Assembly: GCF_963676685.1 (NCBI RefSeq) | Contig: NC_092352.1 | Location: 14,384,001 to 14,448,000 of the forward strand | Source of the DNA: Mytilus edulis | Lineage: Eukaryota | Direction of reading: 5' to 3' | DNA: 64,000 bases | Shown: positions 40,484-55,400 of the stretch, piece by piece | Layout: each line of letters opens with the position of its first letter | Position numbering within the stretch: position 1 is the stretch's first letter | Translations under genes and position numbers: made by a program | Notes under the pieces: generated by a model | What the model was told of the DNA's origin: nothing | Seen by the model: only the letters and a program-made list of their open reading frames with translations | The model's database searches: none

Positions 40484-43400
40484 ATGGCCTCAGTCTTAGA
40501 GCAGTATGTCAATACAGTACAGAACCTGTCTTCCCAAGGTATAAGAAATAATTATTTCAGCATTAAAAATTAAATTCAATCAACTAGTGTAGACAAATCT
40601 TACAGTTACATGACATTTGAACCCCATCTCCTAAAATAAATGAAAAAAAATCATCATTTTACTCTGTCTTGTTGAGTGGGTCCGGGGTAATTCCGTACAC
40701 TTTCGGTCCTAAATGAATATCATTTGGTTCCCTGTTTGATACAACAAAGTTCAAGAAGGAAACCGGTAACTAGATTATTCGTAGATTGTAGACGTGTATG
40801 ACTTTTTCTTTAGCAATCAACAAAAAATACCAAGAATGACTAAATCGTACTGAAAAGTCACAGTAGGGTAAATACGTACGCATGTCGTGTATCTTCGTAC
40901 ACCATGATGTGTAATTCCGTACAATTATATTACATCGATATAATTCAAAATACTGTTTCTCTTTGGAAAGAGCTTTCCTGATTTTTGTCGAGCCTTCGAC
41001 TTTAGTCGAAAAAGCGAGACTAAGCGATCCTACATTCCATCGGCGGCGGCGGCGTCCACAAATATTCACTCTGTGTTTAAAGTTTTTGAAATTTTAATAA
41101 CTTTCTTAAACTATACTGAATTTCTACCAAACTTGGACAGAAGCTTGTTTATGATCATAAGAAAGTATCCAGAAGTAAATTTTGTAAAAATAAAATTCCA
41201 TTTTTTTCCGTATTTTACTTATAAATGGACTTAGTTTTTCTGCGAGGAAACATTACATTCACTCTGGTTAAAGTTTTTAAAATTTTAATAACTTTCATAA
41301 ACTATCCTTGATTTGTACCAAACTTGGACAGAAGCTTGTTTATGATCATAAGATACATTTGTAGTATCACGAAGAAAAATTTGAAAAAAAAAATTTCCAC
41401 TTTTCCGTATTTTACTTATAAATGGACTTAGTTTTTTTGCCAGAAACAAAACATTCACTCTGTCATGTCTGTGGTTTAAATTTTTAAAATTTTTATAATG
41501 TTCTTAAACTATCCTGGATTTCTACCAAACTTAGACAAAAGCTTGTTTCTGATCATAATCACTTTTTCCGTATTTTACTTATAAATGGACTTAGTTTTTC
41601 TTCCAGTTAACATTACATACAGTCTGCAGTTAAAGTTTATAAAACATTTATTAGATTCATAAACTATCCTGGATTTTTTTTTACCAAACTTGGAAGCTTC
41701 TTTCAATCAAAAGACAGTATCGAGAGGGAAATTTTTATTGATGTTTTTCCTCATTATTGTTGAGTCTGCGATTAACAACAAAAGTAGGCGAGACACTGGG
41801 TTCCGTGGAACCCTTACAATTTTTTTTTTAAAATAGAACTTTTTCCAAAACTCAATCGGCAGTGAATATGGATAAAATTAAAAGCTTTATTGCATATTAT
41901 TTATAAATTAAAAAAAATGCAGGCATGGAATTGGATCATACAACGTTTTTTTTCTTATAAAAAGTTAAATCAACTTTGTTGACCTCTAGTTGTTAACTTA
42001 TAGCTTGGTTTATCTACTTTAGGGCAGCAATATGATCGTGAATAGTCTTTACAGGAACTCCATATTTCATGGAAGATTTTCTTAGTGACATATTGTTGTG
42101 TTTGACATCATTTACAGCTTTTTGCAAACTTTCAGTGGTATAGCTTTTACGTTTTAGGAGAGTTTTCCTTTTTTTGGCATAACTGAAAAAAGAGAAGACA
42201 AAAGTTAAAGAAATTGATAAATATTTTATTAATTACAATTATCTCAAAGAAAAAGTATGTTTAGTCAGACCAGGACTGGTATTCAAACTCATCAGTTGTT
42301 TCTAAAAGTGTCCTCAAATTTTCAAGATACGGATGTATTCCTACAGGTAAGTTTGATAATTGATGATGATGAACCAAACTTCGCACTTAATAAGTTAATG
42401 GTAGTTCTCCTACTTCATATGATGATAACCATTTTTTAACAACATTCAATGCAATATTTCCAATGGTTTTATCGGAAAGCTAATGTACAATGCAATCAAC
42501 CACAAAGTATTGCTTGACTTCATGAAACATTGGCATGTCTAGTTTCATAAGCTGCCATGCAATTAGGGAGGAGTAGTTGTTATGTATACCAATATCTCTG
42601 TTCATTAAATATATGACAACTGAATGTTGATTCATAACTGAAAAATATAAAGAATGGTTTCTTTTTTTACAATTTATTTCGTTCTACGAATATTGTTGAT
42701 GCCAGTTAACTTTGTATCTTTTTTTTTTTTAATTTGCTTCTCTTATTTCAGTTCTGTTTTAATTGATAGACAAGTACAGAAATCGTTACTCACCTTTCCC
42801 ACTTCACCCGCTTATTACTATACACAGGGTCAAATTTTGTAACATCATTTCACGGTGAAATAAAACAACGTGAAGATAGTGTCTGTATTTATGTTTATTT
42901 TTTGCGTAAAGTTCACTGGTAAAAGCAAAGGTTAGTAATATATAACGTTTCATTTTATAACATGATATTTCATATATCTGAAAACTGAAGTGTACGATAT
43001 TAGACTACTTGCATTTTAATGTAAAATATCACAAAGGGTAATACCGTACACCCACTCCTAGTCATATTTTTGGGAAACATCTTCACAAATACTACATAAA
43101 ACAGTATATGTCAATTGTAAAATATTCAGGGCATTCATTTGCCATCAATTTTCTTAAATTTAGATGCAAGTAAAAAATTCTTACCTTTAAATATCGAAAC
43201 TTGGTTACTAGCAAAATCTGGTGACTTTTTCCACAAGACTAGCTTTCAAAAAAACCTGCAAATCAAACTTTCCGATCAATCGTGATGCGTATATATTCTG
43301 TGGCCATTTTAACTTTAAAGCTTAAAAAAATAAGGTCGTAAATATTTAATTATCTATATACAACACTAAAACACACTTTATTAATCTTATTTATTATAAA

Positions 43401-46400
43401 AACAACAGAAAAACAATATGTACGGTATTAACCCGACTGTACGAAATTACCCGGACCGACTCTACCATATTAAAACTAATCATGAATATTTTACATTTAA
43501 CAAACTTTAAATGATGTTGTTTGTCAGTTGGAAGAATTTTTTTCAATTTCTTTGGTAGTTTTAAGTGTATATATAGTCCAAATAATTATTATGCCTTGAA
43601 CTGCAGTTCTTTTACAATTGTACATTTACATTATACTTCTACCATATATATACATTTAGTGACTGCCTTCAACAAATTGAATATCATTTCATTGGAGGAA
43701 ACTTACAACAAGACAGAAATTTATATATACAAAATTAAGGAATACAGGAAAATGAAAAATGCTATGTATATTATAAAGTTTGATGTAATAGTTGAGGTAA
43801 CATAGATGCTTAGAAATTGAAGATTTGAACATGTTAAAAGATTCAGCAGGGTTTTTACTAAGGCGAGTCCTTGAGTCCTGGACTCGTGAAAATTTGTCAA
43901 AACTTGCGAGTCCAACATTGTCCAAAGATGCATCAAGATTGAAATATTTTTCTATAAACTGAACAAGTGTAAAGCAAAATTATATCTGGGTGAAATTTGA
44001 TCCGGAGGAAAAAATGTCATAGTAGTTGTTGTTATTTTTTTATCCAGAGGAAACTTATTTCCCTGGGATATGTTTTCCTTTGCTGTGGAATTCTATCTGG
44101 GAAGTTAACTTATTAAATAGATGATAGTTATTAGAAAAAAAAACTTAATCTTTACAATACAAATACTATGAAATAATAATCAGTGATACAATGTAATACA
44201 AATGTAATGTATTTGAATTTATAGAGCTAAAATGTTACAAATTATCATTGAAAAAATTTCAAATGTCCAGTGATTTCCTGCATGCCATCTAGCTAAAAAT
44301 TAATTATTTAGATAAAAGAAAGGTTTTATAGTACAAAAGTTATTGAATTTGAACCAAACAGACTACCAAGCATGCAAAGCAAAATTTATTTCAATCTGAT
44401 TTTAATTTGACTTAAATGAAACAAGTTTTATCTGATGATGTAACTTTTTTAATAGAAATTGTCTAAATATGGTTAATCATCAGATTGTAGTTATAAAGAT
44501 AATCTTGAACTTATCAATTTTAATCTTTTCTGTCCCTTCAGAATACTAAAACAATTACAAGAATGATTCTATTTGTGTTACATTGCCGATATAACGAAAT
44601 CAGGTAATAGATGATATTACTGGCCATGCAGACACCAGAGATTCCACTGTATATGATTTTTCTGATTTTTATTATTTGGACTTGTGTTGCTTTGGGGAGA
44701 GAAGTTTTGCCCCAAAAAGGACATGAAGGATGCATATGGCTGTTATATGATTATATTAATATTGTTATTTCTTGAAAATATGAACTTTGTTGCATATATT
44801 TGGGATAGTTTTGTTGAATTTAAATTTGGAATAATAAAAAAAGTAAGTGGGCTTTGAATTAATATTGTATATTTCAATCAACTTTTTATTTTAAAACTCG
44901 CACATAGTGTTGTACTTTACACTCATAGTCAAACACTAAAACACATAGATGTGGTGTTTCCCATTCTTAACAAATTTAATTTACTTCTGTTGTAGGAAAT
45001 TTTTCTCAGCTGTGTGAATTCATTGGAAAAAGTGCAGATGCCCTAACCAAAAATGCAAGTCATTTGGACAATGTGTTAGCAACATTAGATATTCAGCAAC
45101 ATTCTCTAGGAATTTTGGGTATTTTGTAAGTAAACATATTCAGATTTCTTTTGTTTATTTTGTTAAATGATTTTTTACTGTCAGTAACACCACAAAAGAC
45201 AGATAAAGATGTTCAATATAACAATTTTAACCAGTTAAAAATTGGTACCACCGCAGTTATTTTCTTACTACATGTAACATAACAAAAATAGATACATTTC
45301 TTTTAAATAAATTAAAGATCTGACATACAAACCTTTAAAAGAAGTTTATTTCTACGGTTCATATGGATGTTTTTATTTTACTTATGCAGGTATCAATGAG
45401 AAAGAATACTTTTCCATCTTTAGTTGTATCTAAAAATGTATAACAAATATGTTTAACAAAAAGGAAACTGGTCACAAAGAGGATACTATTTCATATATTT
45501 ATATCATTATTTCTCAACAAACCAAATGACATTGGTGTAGAGATAATTTCTGATTATTGATGTAATTTCTGTTGAATTGTCCTACATTAACCATAATGTA
45601 ATACCCAATGATGTATTGTTTCAGATGTGTTAAGTACAGTTTACCAAATATACCAGATTTTGAGATTTTATTTATACAGACTCAGGAATTCATCCATAAT
45701 TGTAATGGAGAGCATGTCAGATATGCCACAGACAGTTGTAAGTTTATACAACAAAATAATCTTTATTAAGACATAGTTGCCAATCTCTGACAGTGTCTGA
45801 GCTACCATTGAAGCAACAACACACTTGGCATGCTCAAATGAAATGACCAAAAACAAAATTCATAAAAAATCATAACAGTCAAATTTTTTGCCTTGCTACT
45901 ATTGGCAACTTTGGTGTGCACATCATTATAAGTCTACCTACAACACTGTCTGACAATGACAAATCAAGTCAAAAAGCGTGTGAAAACATGTGACATAAAT
46001 ACAGACTTTTTAATATGAACATTGGCATGACACGGGTTATGTTCTTCTCATATATGTTATGATGGTATGATACTAAACCCCTAACAGGAAGGATTGTGCC
46101 TACATTTTTTATGGATTGTTTCAAACTATTGATTAAAGTTGCTTAACTCTGAGGCTATTATACTAATTTCAATATATTATGGCCCAGCTTAATAACTTTT
46201 ATATTTTTTTATGAGAAACACTGAATTTCATACACAAGATAATTTTTAATTAAATTGTAATAATGATATATTATAATTTCTTTACATTTTCTAAAATAAT
46301 TTTTTTTTTTAGTGCTAGATATTTAGTTGGAATAAGTTTCTCACAAGAACCTTAGTAAAACTTAAACAACTTTTAATTTCAAATGTTACTTTAATTGTAT

Positions 46401-49400
46401 TTTTTTTACTCAAATATGAATTTTACTCAGATATGAATTGAACAATATAAAAAGAACATTATTTACATATGGCCCTTTATACTATTGTAAAATCCAAACA
46501 TTGTAGCGCACCGCACGAATGAGCACTTCTCTTTCAAATCTCACCACTTCTCCCTATCAGTTTCAAAAAGAGAAGTCACTTCTCCCTATAATTCTGAAGT
46601 AGTGTGAGCCCTGGTTTAACCCCGCCGCATTTTTGCGCCTGTCCCAAGTCAGGAGCCTCTGGCCTTTGTTAGTCTTGTATTATTTTAATTTTAGTTTCTT
46701 GTGTACAATTTGGAAATTAGTAAGGCGTTCATTATCACTGAACTAGTATATATTTGTTTAGGGGCCAGTTGAAGGACGCCTCCGGGTGCTGGAATTTCTC
46801 GCTACATTGAAGACCTGTTGGTGACCTTCTGCTGTTGTTTTTTTCTATGGTTGGGTTGTTGTCTCTTTGGCACATTCCCCATTTCCATTCTCAATTTTAT
46901 TATACATTTTTTATATTAAAGTATAATTCTACTGTAAACTTTTATTGCATTCAATAGTCTGTTTTGCTGCATTCGCAACAACACAACTAGGCACATATTT
47001 CAAAACATCTGGCAGTTTATTTAAGGTGTTGTCTTATCTTCTTTCTTTATATATTATATACTGGTATGCATTTAAAAGTATACCAGTGATATAGCAAATA
47101 TAATAAAATGGAGAAATTACATAAAATCTTAACAACAAGAAACACAAATGTTCAGAAATGATGCAGTGCACAAACTTTAAACCCTAGCCTAAAACCCAAA
47201 CATTATTTTAATCATCTACATACTGACGAAATTTGTTACAATAATCACTTTGATGAGTTTTGTGAATTAAGCTATAATTTTCCTGAAAATAACCCATATC
47301 ATGCCTTTTTACTAAGATATGGCCACAGACCACAATTAATTCCTCTATCAGTTCTTTATAACGTTTTGCATCATTAAAAAAATTGCACCATGCACTTTTG
47401 TCAAATTTTGTGTGTGTAATGTATAGTCCTAGTCCAAATATATATCCAAAATTCAGAAAGATTGAACCAATCACTTTTACAAAGGAGTAGGTCCGGTAAG
47501 GACCGATTTTGGCCTCAAATTTCAGGTTCATCTGACGAAAGATTTTGACCACTTTTTAAACACTTAAGTGTCTATTTTATTTGAATTAATTAGTTTATGT
47601 GAAAGATTTTAACAGATTTAGTCATTAAAAACGATCTGAATGCTCAAATATGAAAAATCTACCTGATATGCCAAAAAATGTCACTTTTCAGATGTTTTTT
47701 CGTAAAAATGAAAGTGTTCATCCTTAACCTTTATATATGTTATGTATTATCATAAAATACAACTTACATTTCAATATTAAGGATGAACACGAATGCGTCC
47801 ACTTTCGTTTTATACGAAAACCGTCTAAAATTTAACTAAAATGCTAGAATTATGTGGATTTCAGTAATTTAGCATGACTTAATGGTGCTAGTACCGGATA
47901 TATGTGCATTGTATTGTCAAAAACAGCCCATATTAATGTAGCAGAAGCATTCTACTATCCAATAAATAACTAAAGGTTTACATTTTAACAGTTTTGTAAA
48001 ACTGCTATATTTTGGGGCCAAAAAGGTGTCTTACTGAACCTACTCCTTTAGCCAATACACATGCATACCCCTATTGACAAGCTAAGAGATGTTCCGAAAA
48101 CTGTAAATATTACCTTTTTGCACTTGGCCTAATCACTCATTCCATATCAAAATCAGTTTAAATACAACATCCAAAAATTTATTTCACCTCTCTTCTTTCA
48201 TTTCCACCCAAGAAAATCTAAGAATTGAGTGAGGAAGGGAAAGAAAAATTTTAAGGAAAAATACACTCTAATTAAAAGGAACTATATTCGTGGACAACGA
48301 AAAGCAGGGTAATAAATTGTAGTCTTGGGATGACAAAGTAATTTGTTTTGGATGAATGGTTGGAGCGGAAAAATATTAAATGGATATGAGTTGATTTTCA
48401 TGTCTCTAAGATACATTAGCTGACTTTTGTTTAGCTTTCTGCTATCTATTAAATCACTATTGGAATTCTAGCTTATAAAAATTCCATAAATTTATCAAAT
48501 AATTTACTTTTATGATTTACATGTTGATATGTTAAATTGTCTCCCATGATTATATACCATAATTTATGTTTAATGATAATATTTTTTAAATATTTTTTTC
48601 TCTTTTCAGTTGCAGATTTATGTCATAGATTTACACAAAATTTGGTAGAAAAGAAACAGGTGAAATACTTAATTCAAATATTTTCAAATGACCTTAAATG
48701 TATAGCCTTAGTTTAAACATATTTATTAAGTGTGGATTGGGAAACAAGTTTGTTGCAACTTATATTAATCCCTTTCCACTTTGCCGATGCTAGTGCTGTC
48801 TTGTAGTGGCATTAGCCTGCTCTTTTTCAAAATCTACAAGGGTGTCTTTTACGTGCAAGAGATATTGATCTCTCTTAACACAGGCCAGCCATGTATTGTT
48901 TCCTTCCAACAGACTATCCTAATTTCTCAAGACCATGTTAGCAAATGGTGTCAAGAGAAAGTCGAAAATTCAGTCCCTGAAATTTTCTCGCCAGAACAGG
49001 GATCAAATCAGGAACCTTTGTGTTATTAGTGTATAGCCTTAAATAGTGGATATTGGATTTGAGTAAACAAATTTAAAAAAAATATGTAGAGCTTTAACCA
49101 TTGTTTGAAAGCACAATACAGCTTGCCTTTTAAATACTATCTTCAAATTAAGTAGAATTTTACCCAACTCAAGTCCAATCTTAATTAACTAGGATTGTCA
49201 GTTTTCCTACCTAAGGTCATGTACATTAGATTTCACTGAATATGGAAATGTGATATTATTAGCATGGCATTTTACCTTATAATCACATATCTTCATTATT
49301 TTTTTAAATCAAAATGATATTCCTTTTTTTATTTATTAAATTATGTACATTGTTCTATTGCAGCCAATGAGAGGCATCAAACTATTAGTGAATGCCATTG

Positions 49401-52400
49401 ATAAGATTCAGTTATTTTCAGCTCAGTTAACATCAATTCATGCAGATCTGTGTCAGGTAATTTGGGAATGAATAAAGAAATGGTCATGTTTGACAAGTAC
49501 TTTTGAGTACTTTTATCCGTGGGGTTCCAATTTTTGTGGGTTTTTTTTTATGGAACCCAGGAACATGTAAATTTTGCTAAAACCATGAAAATTGATACCC
49601 ATGAATAGAAGTACTGTAACAGTATTGCTTTATAATATATCATAAACATTAGGAAATGATAAATGTCAAGTATTATTTCCTGTTTGCATGCTTTTCACAA
49701 AAAAGTTCATCATTTTGTTGATCATGTTGATAATCAATTAATATCCAACCATGAATTGAATTTATGTGTGGAAAGATATAAATGAGGAGATGGGTATATT
49801 GCCAATGAGACCACTATCCAATAGAGTTAAAAAAAAAGATGTAATAAGCAATTATAGGTCACCACATATGGCCTCCAACAATGAGGAAAATTAACATATC
49901 GTGTAGCCTGCTATAAAAGGCCCTGACATAAAAAATGTGAAACAATTCAAAAGATTAAACTAACTACCAAATAAATATCAAAACAATTTATAAAAAAAAA
50001 TGGAAAGACATGAACCAGCAATAACCACTGGACTACAGGCTCCCAACATGGTACTGGCACATAAAGGATATGGTGGTGTTCATCTTCTCAGTTCAAAAGC
50101 CATAACAGATATGATAGTATTTGATTATTAACCAGTTTATGTTTTTTAAGGACATTTTTTTTCAATACTTATGTCAATACCAGCTCCTGATTTGAGATAC
50201 CACATAGAAACAATATAAGATTGAAAAGTCATACAGTGATAAAAAGACAATAATGAAATAATCAGTTGAAATATTATCCTAGTACTGCATTACTGGTTAA
50301 AAATGTTTAATTTGACAATATAAGATATATTTTAAGTTTGTCATATGTTTTGTTGTTTTGACGTCAGACTTTGTAATTATGACTTTTTATCTATATTTTA
50401 GTTGTGTTTATTGTCCAAGAACATGACATCAGCAATACCATTCCTAGATGTGGAAATCAATGAAATAAGTAAAGAGGTAACACAATATTAAGATTTTGTC
50501 TTCAAATGAATTTATAACTGATTTCATTGAACATGTAGGCAAAGGTAATATCTTTGGTTAGCTTGCTTGTTAGCTGAACCATGAAGTCAATATTTGGTTA
50601 GGTAAAGTACCCTCCTTTTTAGAGTAGACTAGTCTGATAGATAACCAATCTATCTGTCTATTGGACTAGGCTACTTCGAAAGGAGGGTAGTATACCTGAC
50701 CTAATAATGACTTCATGGTTCAGCTAACAAGCAAGCTAACCAAAGATATTACCTTTGCCTACACACTCAATGAAATCGGCTGTAATGTTAAATTACTGTT
50801 AACGAAATACATTTTGAATTGTATTTATTGAAGTCAAAGATAAAAAGGCAAAAACTGTGGGTTTTTTATGCCCCACCTACGATAGTAGAGGGGCATTATG
50901 TTTTCTGGTCTGTGCATCTGTGCGTCCGTTCGTCCGTCCATCTGTCCGTCCGTTTGTCCGTCGTACCGTTCGTTCGTCCGTCTGTCCCACTTCAGATTAA
51001 AGTTTTTGGTCAAGGTAGTTTTTGATGAAGCTGAAGTCCGATCAACTTCAAACTTAGTATACATGTTCCTTATGATATGATCTTTCTAATTTTACAGCCA
51101 AATTAAACTTTTGACCCCAATTTCACGGTCCACTGAACATAGAAAATGAAAGTGTGATTTTCAGGTTAAAGTTTTTGGTCAAGGTAGTTTCTGATGAAGC
51201 TGATCAAGTCCAATCAACTTGAAACTTAGTACACATGTTCCTTATGATATGATCTTTCTAATTTTAGTCAAGTTAAATTGTTGACCCCAATTTCACGGTC
51301 CACTGAAGTTACTGAACATAGAAAATGAAATTGAGTTTCAGGTTAAAATTTTTGGTCAAGGTAGTTTTTGATGAAGTTGAAGTCCAATCAACTTGAAACT
51401 TAGTACACATGTTCCCTATGGTGTGATCTTTCTAATTTAATGCCAAATAAGATTTTTTACCCAATTTCACGGTCCATTGAACATGTAAAATAATAGTGCG
51501 AGTGGGGCATCCGTGTACTTTGGACACATTCTTGTTTTAGCTTAAATTTTTAGAAAGATACTCAATTTACATTTTATAAAAACTGGTGGTATTTCAATGC
51601 TGTCAAGGAAATGATATATATAAAGTCAAACTGCATATTCTGATTTTTTTGCATTGTTTTTATCAAATTGTGAAAGATTCCCAAAAATATAAAAAAAAAT
51701 ATTGTTTTTTTTAATAGTTCAAATGATGCATTTCCCCAAATTGCAATAAAAAATCTCGTATTTGTGTCCATTGTTCAACAATCCCAATAAAAAGATGTAT
51801 GCAAAATGTTTGAAGTAACAGTACTTAAATGTTATCGATAAAGGGATGATTTTATTTCAGGGTGGCCATTTTGATGCTAAAGATTTATTATTGTATTATT
51901 ACTATGGAGGAATGATCTACACTGCACTGAAAAACAATGATAGAGCATTGTACTTCTATGAAATTGTAAGATATTTATTGGAAAAGTTTTGATGGATCCT
52001 GAAATAAGTCTTTTATTATTCCATGTGCCTTATTTATACAAAATATTTTTTAAATTTTGGATGGTATTTAAACTACTGCATAATTCAATTTTAAATATTG
52101 AAATTCGTCACACAAGGTTTATTTGTTGATATTTGTGTTTATGTTTCATTAATGCTGATTAATAATAGATGATGTGTAAATATAAATAGAAAGAGATGAG
52201 AGACATACCTTAATGAGAAAGTATGCCAATAACAAACCAAACATCCTCAACCACATTTTTACGGAAAATATTAGTTTGAGGTTTTCATTTCATAATTTTT
52301 TCAATGTCACAATTTTCTCAATGTCATAGTTAGTTACATAAAATGTAGTAGTATCATAGTTTTCTCGATGGCATAGTTAGTTAGTAGAATCATAGTTTAC

Positions 52401-55400
52401 TTTTTTACCAAAATACAGGTTGAGATTGACAATTTCAGTAGGTTCACCATAAACAATATGGAGATTTACACCTCTGGACTGAGCATAACTTACTGAAGAA
52501 CATGTTAAGAATACCAAAAAAAATGATTGGTCTTAATGATAAAAGATCCATAATGTTAGCAGAAGTTCAAATATATTTCTTTGTTTACAGGCCATTTGGT
52601 CTTAATGATAAAAGATCCATAATGTTAGCAGAAGTTCAAATATATTTCTTTGTTTACAGGCCATTTGGTCTTAATGATAAAAGATCCATAATGTTAGCAG
52701 AAGTTCAAATATATTTCTTTGTTTACAGGCCATTACCACACCAAGTATGGCAGTCAGTCATGTAATGTTAGAGGCTTATAAAAAGTATATTTTGGTAGCA
52801 CTTATAGTCCATGGAAAGGTAAGTTGAAGAGGAATACTATCCAGTAACAATTTTTTTTTCAAGCTGCCAGTTAGGAATGGAATATAGATTTTGCTTGTTA
52901 CTTAGTCAAAGACCAAGGTCAAAGTTACTAAAAATATACAAAAATTGTTCAGAAAAGCAGTTCAGGATGCTTAATCAAATACAACATATTGGATTGATCT
53001 TTAATTTAGACTTTTGGTCACATATATTGAAAGGAAGATCCTTTTTAATTTTGAAGTAAGTCACTTGGTCAAAGATCAAGGTCCCTGTTAATAAAAATGG
53101 AATTGTATAAGACAATATTACTGTCTTAAAACTTGAAAAAAGATCATAGATTGAATTAAACTTTGCCATCAGGTCCCTGTAAGCGTTTTCCTTTTATATG
53201 TATGGTGCTGGATATGTGAACTTGCTAACTGAAGGTTCTTTTATTATCTTTCAGGTACCAAATTTACCAAAATATACATCACCTGTTGTTGCTAGATACA
53301 TTAAGGTAAGTGTTATAAAGTGAAACTTTTTAAGTTCATCAAATACCGGTACATTGATAGATTTTTTTCATAGAAACTATAATTTACATATGACAAATCG
53401 GTTATATTACTACAAAAAATACCAGGAATTCACACCAAACAAAACCATGTAAATTGCCACAGGAAATAAATAGTGAAAATTGTTCAATGGATAGAAATAA
53501 ACTCAAAAGGAAAAATGTAGAGATTGACAGCCACTTGACTGTCTTTTTTAAAGACATACAGATATCCATGGCATGTGTTGGATAAGATTAGTTTTATAGG
53601 TCCTGGACATTCTACCTCTTATCATATACCTTATACAGTTATCAGTACATAACAGAAAGATGTGGAGTGAATTTAAAATAGCACTTCAACCAATTTAAAG
53701 AAAAACATTTTCAAGAAGATGTTCAAGGGTTGATTGATATAAAAAAAAGTTCAGAAAATTGTAAGCAAGAATTCCCATGCAGTAACTTTTGAATGCAATG
53801 AAATTTAATGCAGTTGATTTCCATCTTGTAGAGGTGTATTTCTTGAGGGGTATGATTTCAGATCAGAGTATATTTTTTGGAATGCAATGAAAGTTGGTTG
53901 ATACAGTTGGGTATACATTTACAATTAATTCTCCATAGGCCGTAATGGTAACGTTTTCCTCCGTTGCTCAGTCCATATCGTTTACTTGAACATGTATGAT
54001 GGCTCATATCGAAGCTGATACATTTATACATGTCTGGTTAAATTTTCGGGGTGGCAAGTGAGATTACTTTTTTCGCAAATTGATGGACCCCGGAAGATGG
54101 TGAAAAATGTCAGTCTCCTCATGAAATAATCCCAAAATTCTGATCATAAAATTCAATGAAAAAATTGTCCTTTCTAATAATTTATTTCAGGTCAAATCTA
54201 CATCTTTCTTTTCTCATCACACCAGCTCTATAAAACAGTTCTTATTGTTCATTTATGTCCATTTTTAAAATCACAGCATCCACAATTGTATGGCGGACTA
54301 ATATTTTTTTTAATTACGTCATCTGAGTTCCTCATCTCAAGGTCTATTAGGGATCCTGACCCATATTGAAATTCATACTTCTGATTTTTCCAAATATTTT
54401 TATGTGATCTTCATCCGTATAACATTCTGAATAAATCTGTGTATTTTTGTCCATTTCTGAAAAAAAATAAAGTTGTTTTAGCACTATAAGGTAATGACAC
54501 TTTCGTCGCTATATTCATTTATTTTGAATACAATGTGTTTGTATAATTAATTTCTTCCAGAATACCTTCACTAGTCAAAACAAGGACAAAACTTCTGATT
54601 ATAACCTTTAATTACAATACACAGACCCTGTTAAAGCATTCTATAAAATTTTCTTGTGCCTTAAAGTGCATTTTGACAGAGAAATTATGCAAAAATGAAG
54701 ATTTTATAAAAAAACCAACACCAAAATAATTATTCTTACTAGTGGAAATCTGGTATTTAAAACTGTGGAAAGCACTCTTAACTACTTGGAAAGTCATCTT
54801 TATCATATAATTAGAGTGCAATATAGTGCAAATTTTCAAAACTTGTCCTTTCACATAATTCTATTTGAGTAAAAAATGTTTTTAACATGTATTTCAGTGA
54901 AAACCTTTTATTAGTGAGAAATCCACATGAGGTTTTAAAGGAAACATTGTGACATCACATGTATTATGGCGTCATTAAATAACGACAGATCAAAATAGAG
55001 CTAAATATAGTTTGCAGTGTTACGTGAGAAACAGTTGCCGCAAGATTTAACTCGAAATATTGAGTCGAAACGATCTGTAACTAAGCCTTTTCATTTAATA
55101 CCAAGACCATAGCAACAGTTTTCATATTTGCATATTTTTAACATACCGACTGTAATTTCAATTGCATAAATACCATAAATAAACAATTTAGAGCTTGCCT
55201 AATACAGCAAAATGCTTACCAGTTATTCAGGACTTTTTAAAACCTCTAGTTTGCCATCTCAGGTTAAAAAGTAATGATATGTCTGGAACTGAAATAAGAC
55301 AAAAAAATTACTCAGGCTGTGTTATCATTTGATTTAACCCTTTCGGTGCCAAAGCGACATATATGTCGTTTGGGGGTTGACTGCCGAAGCGACAAATATG

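Noticed and set aside
52502-52765. 87-aa ORF with three peptide repeats; CRISPR-like appearance
   Set aside because: By-product of the 69-bp intronic triplication; there are no unique spacers.
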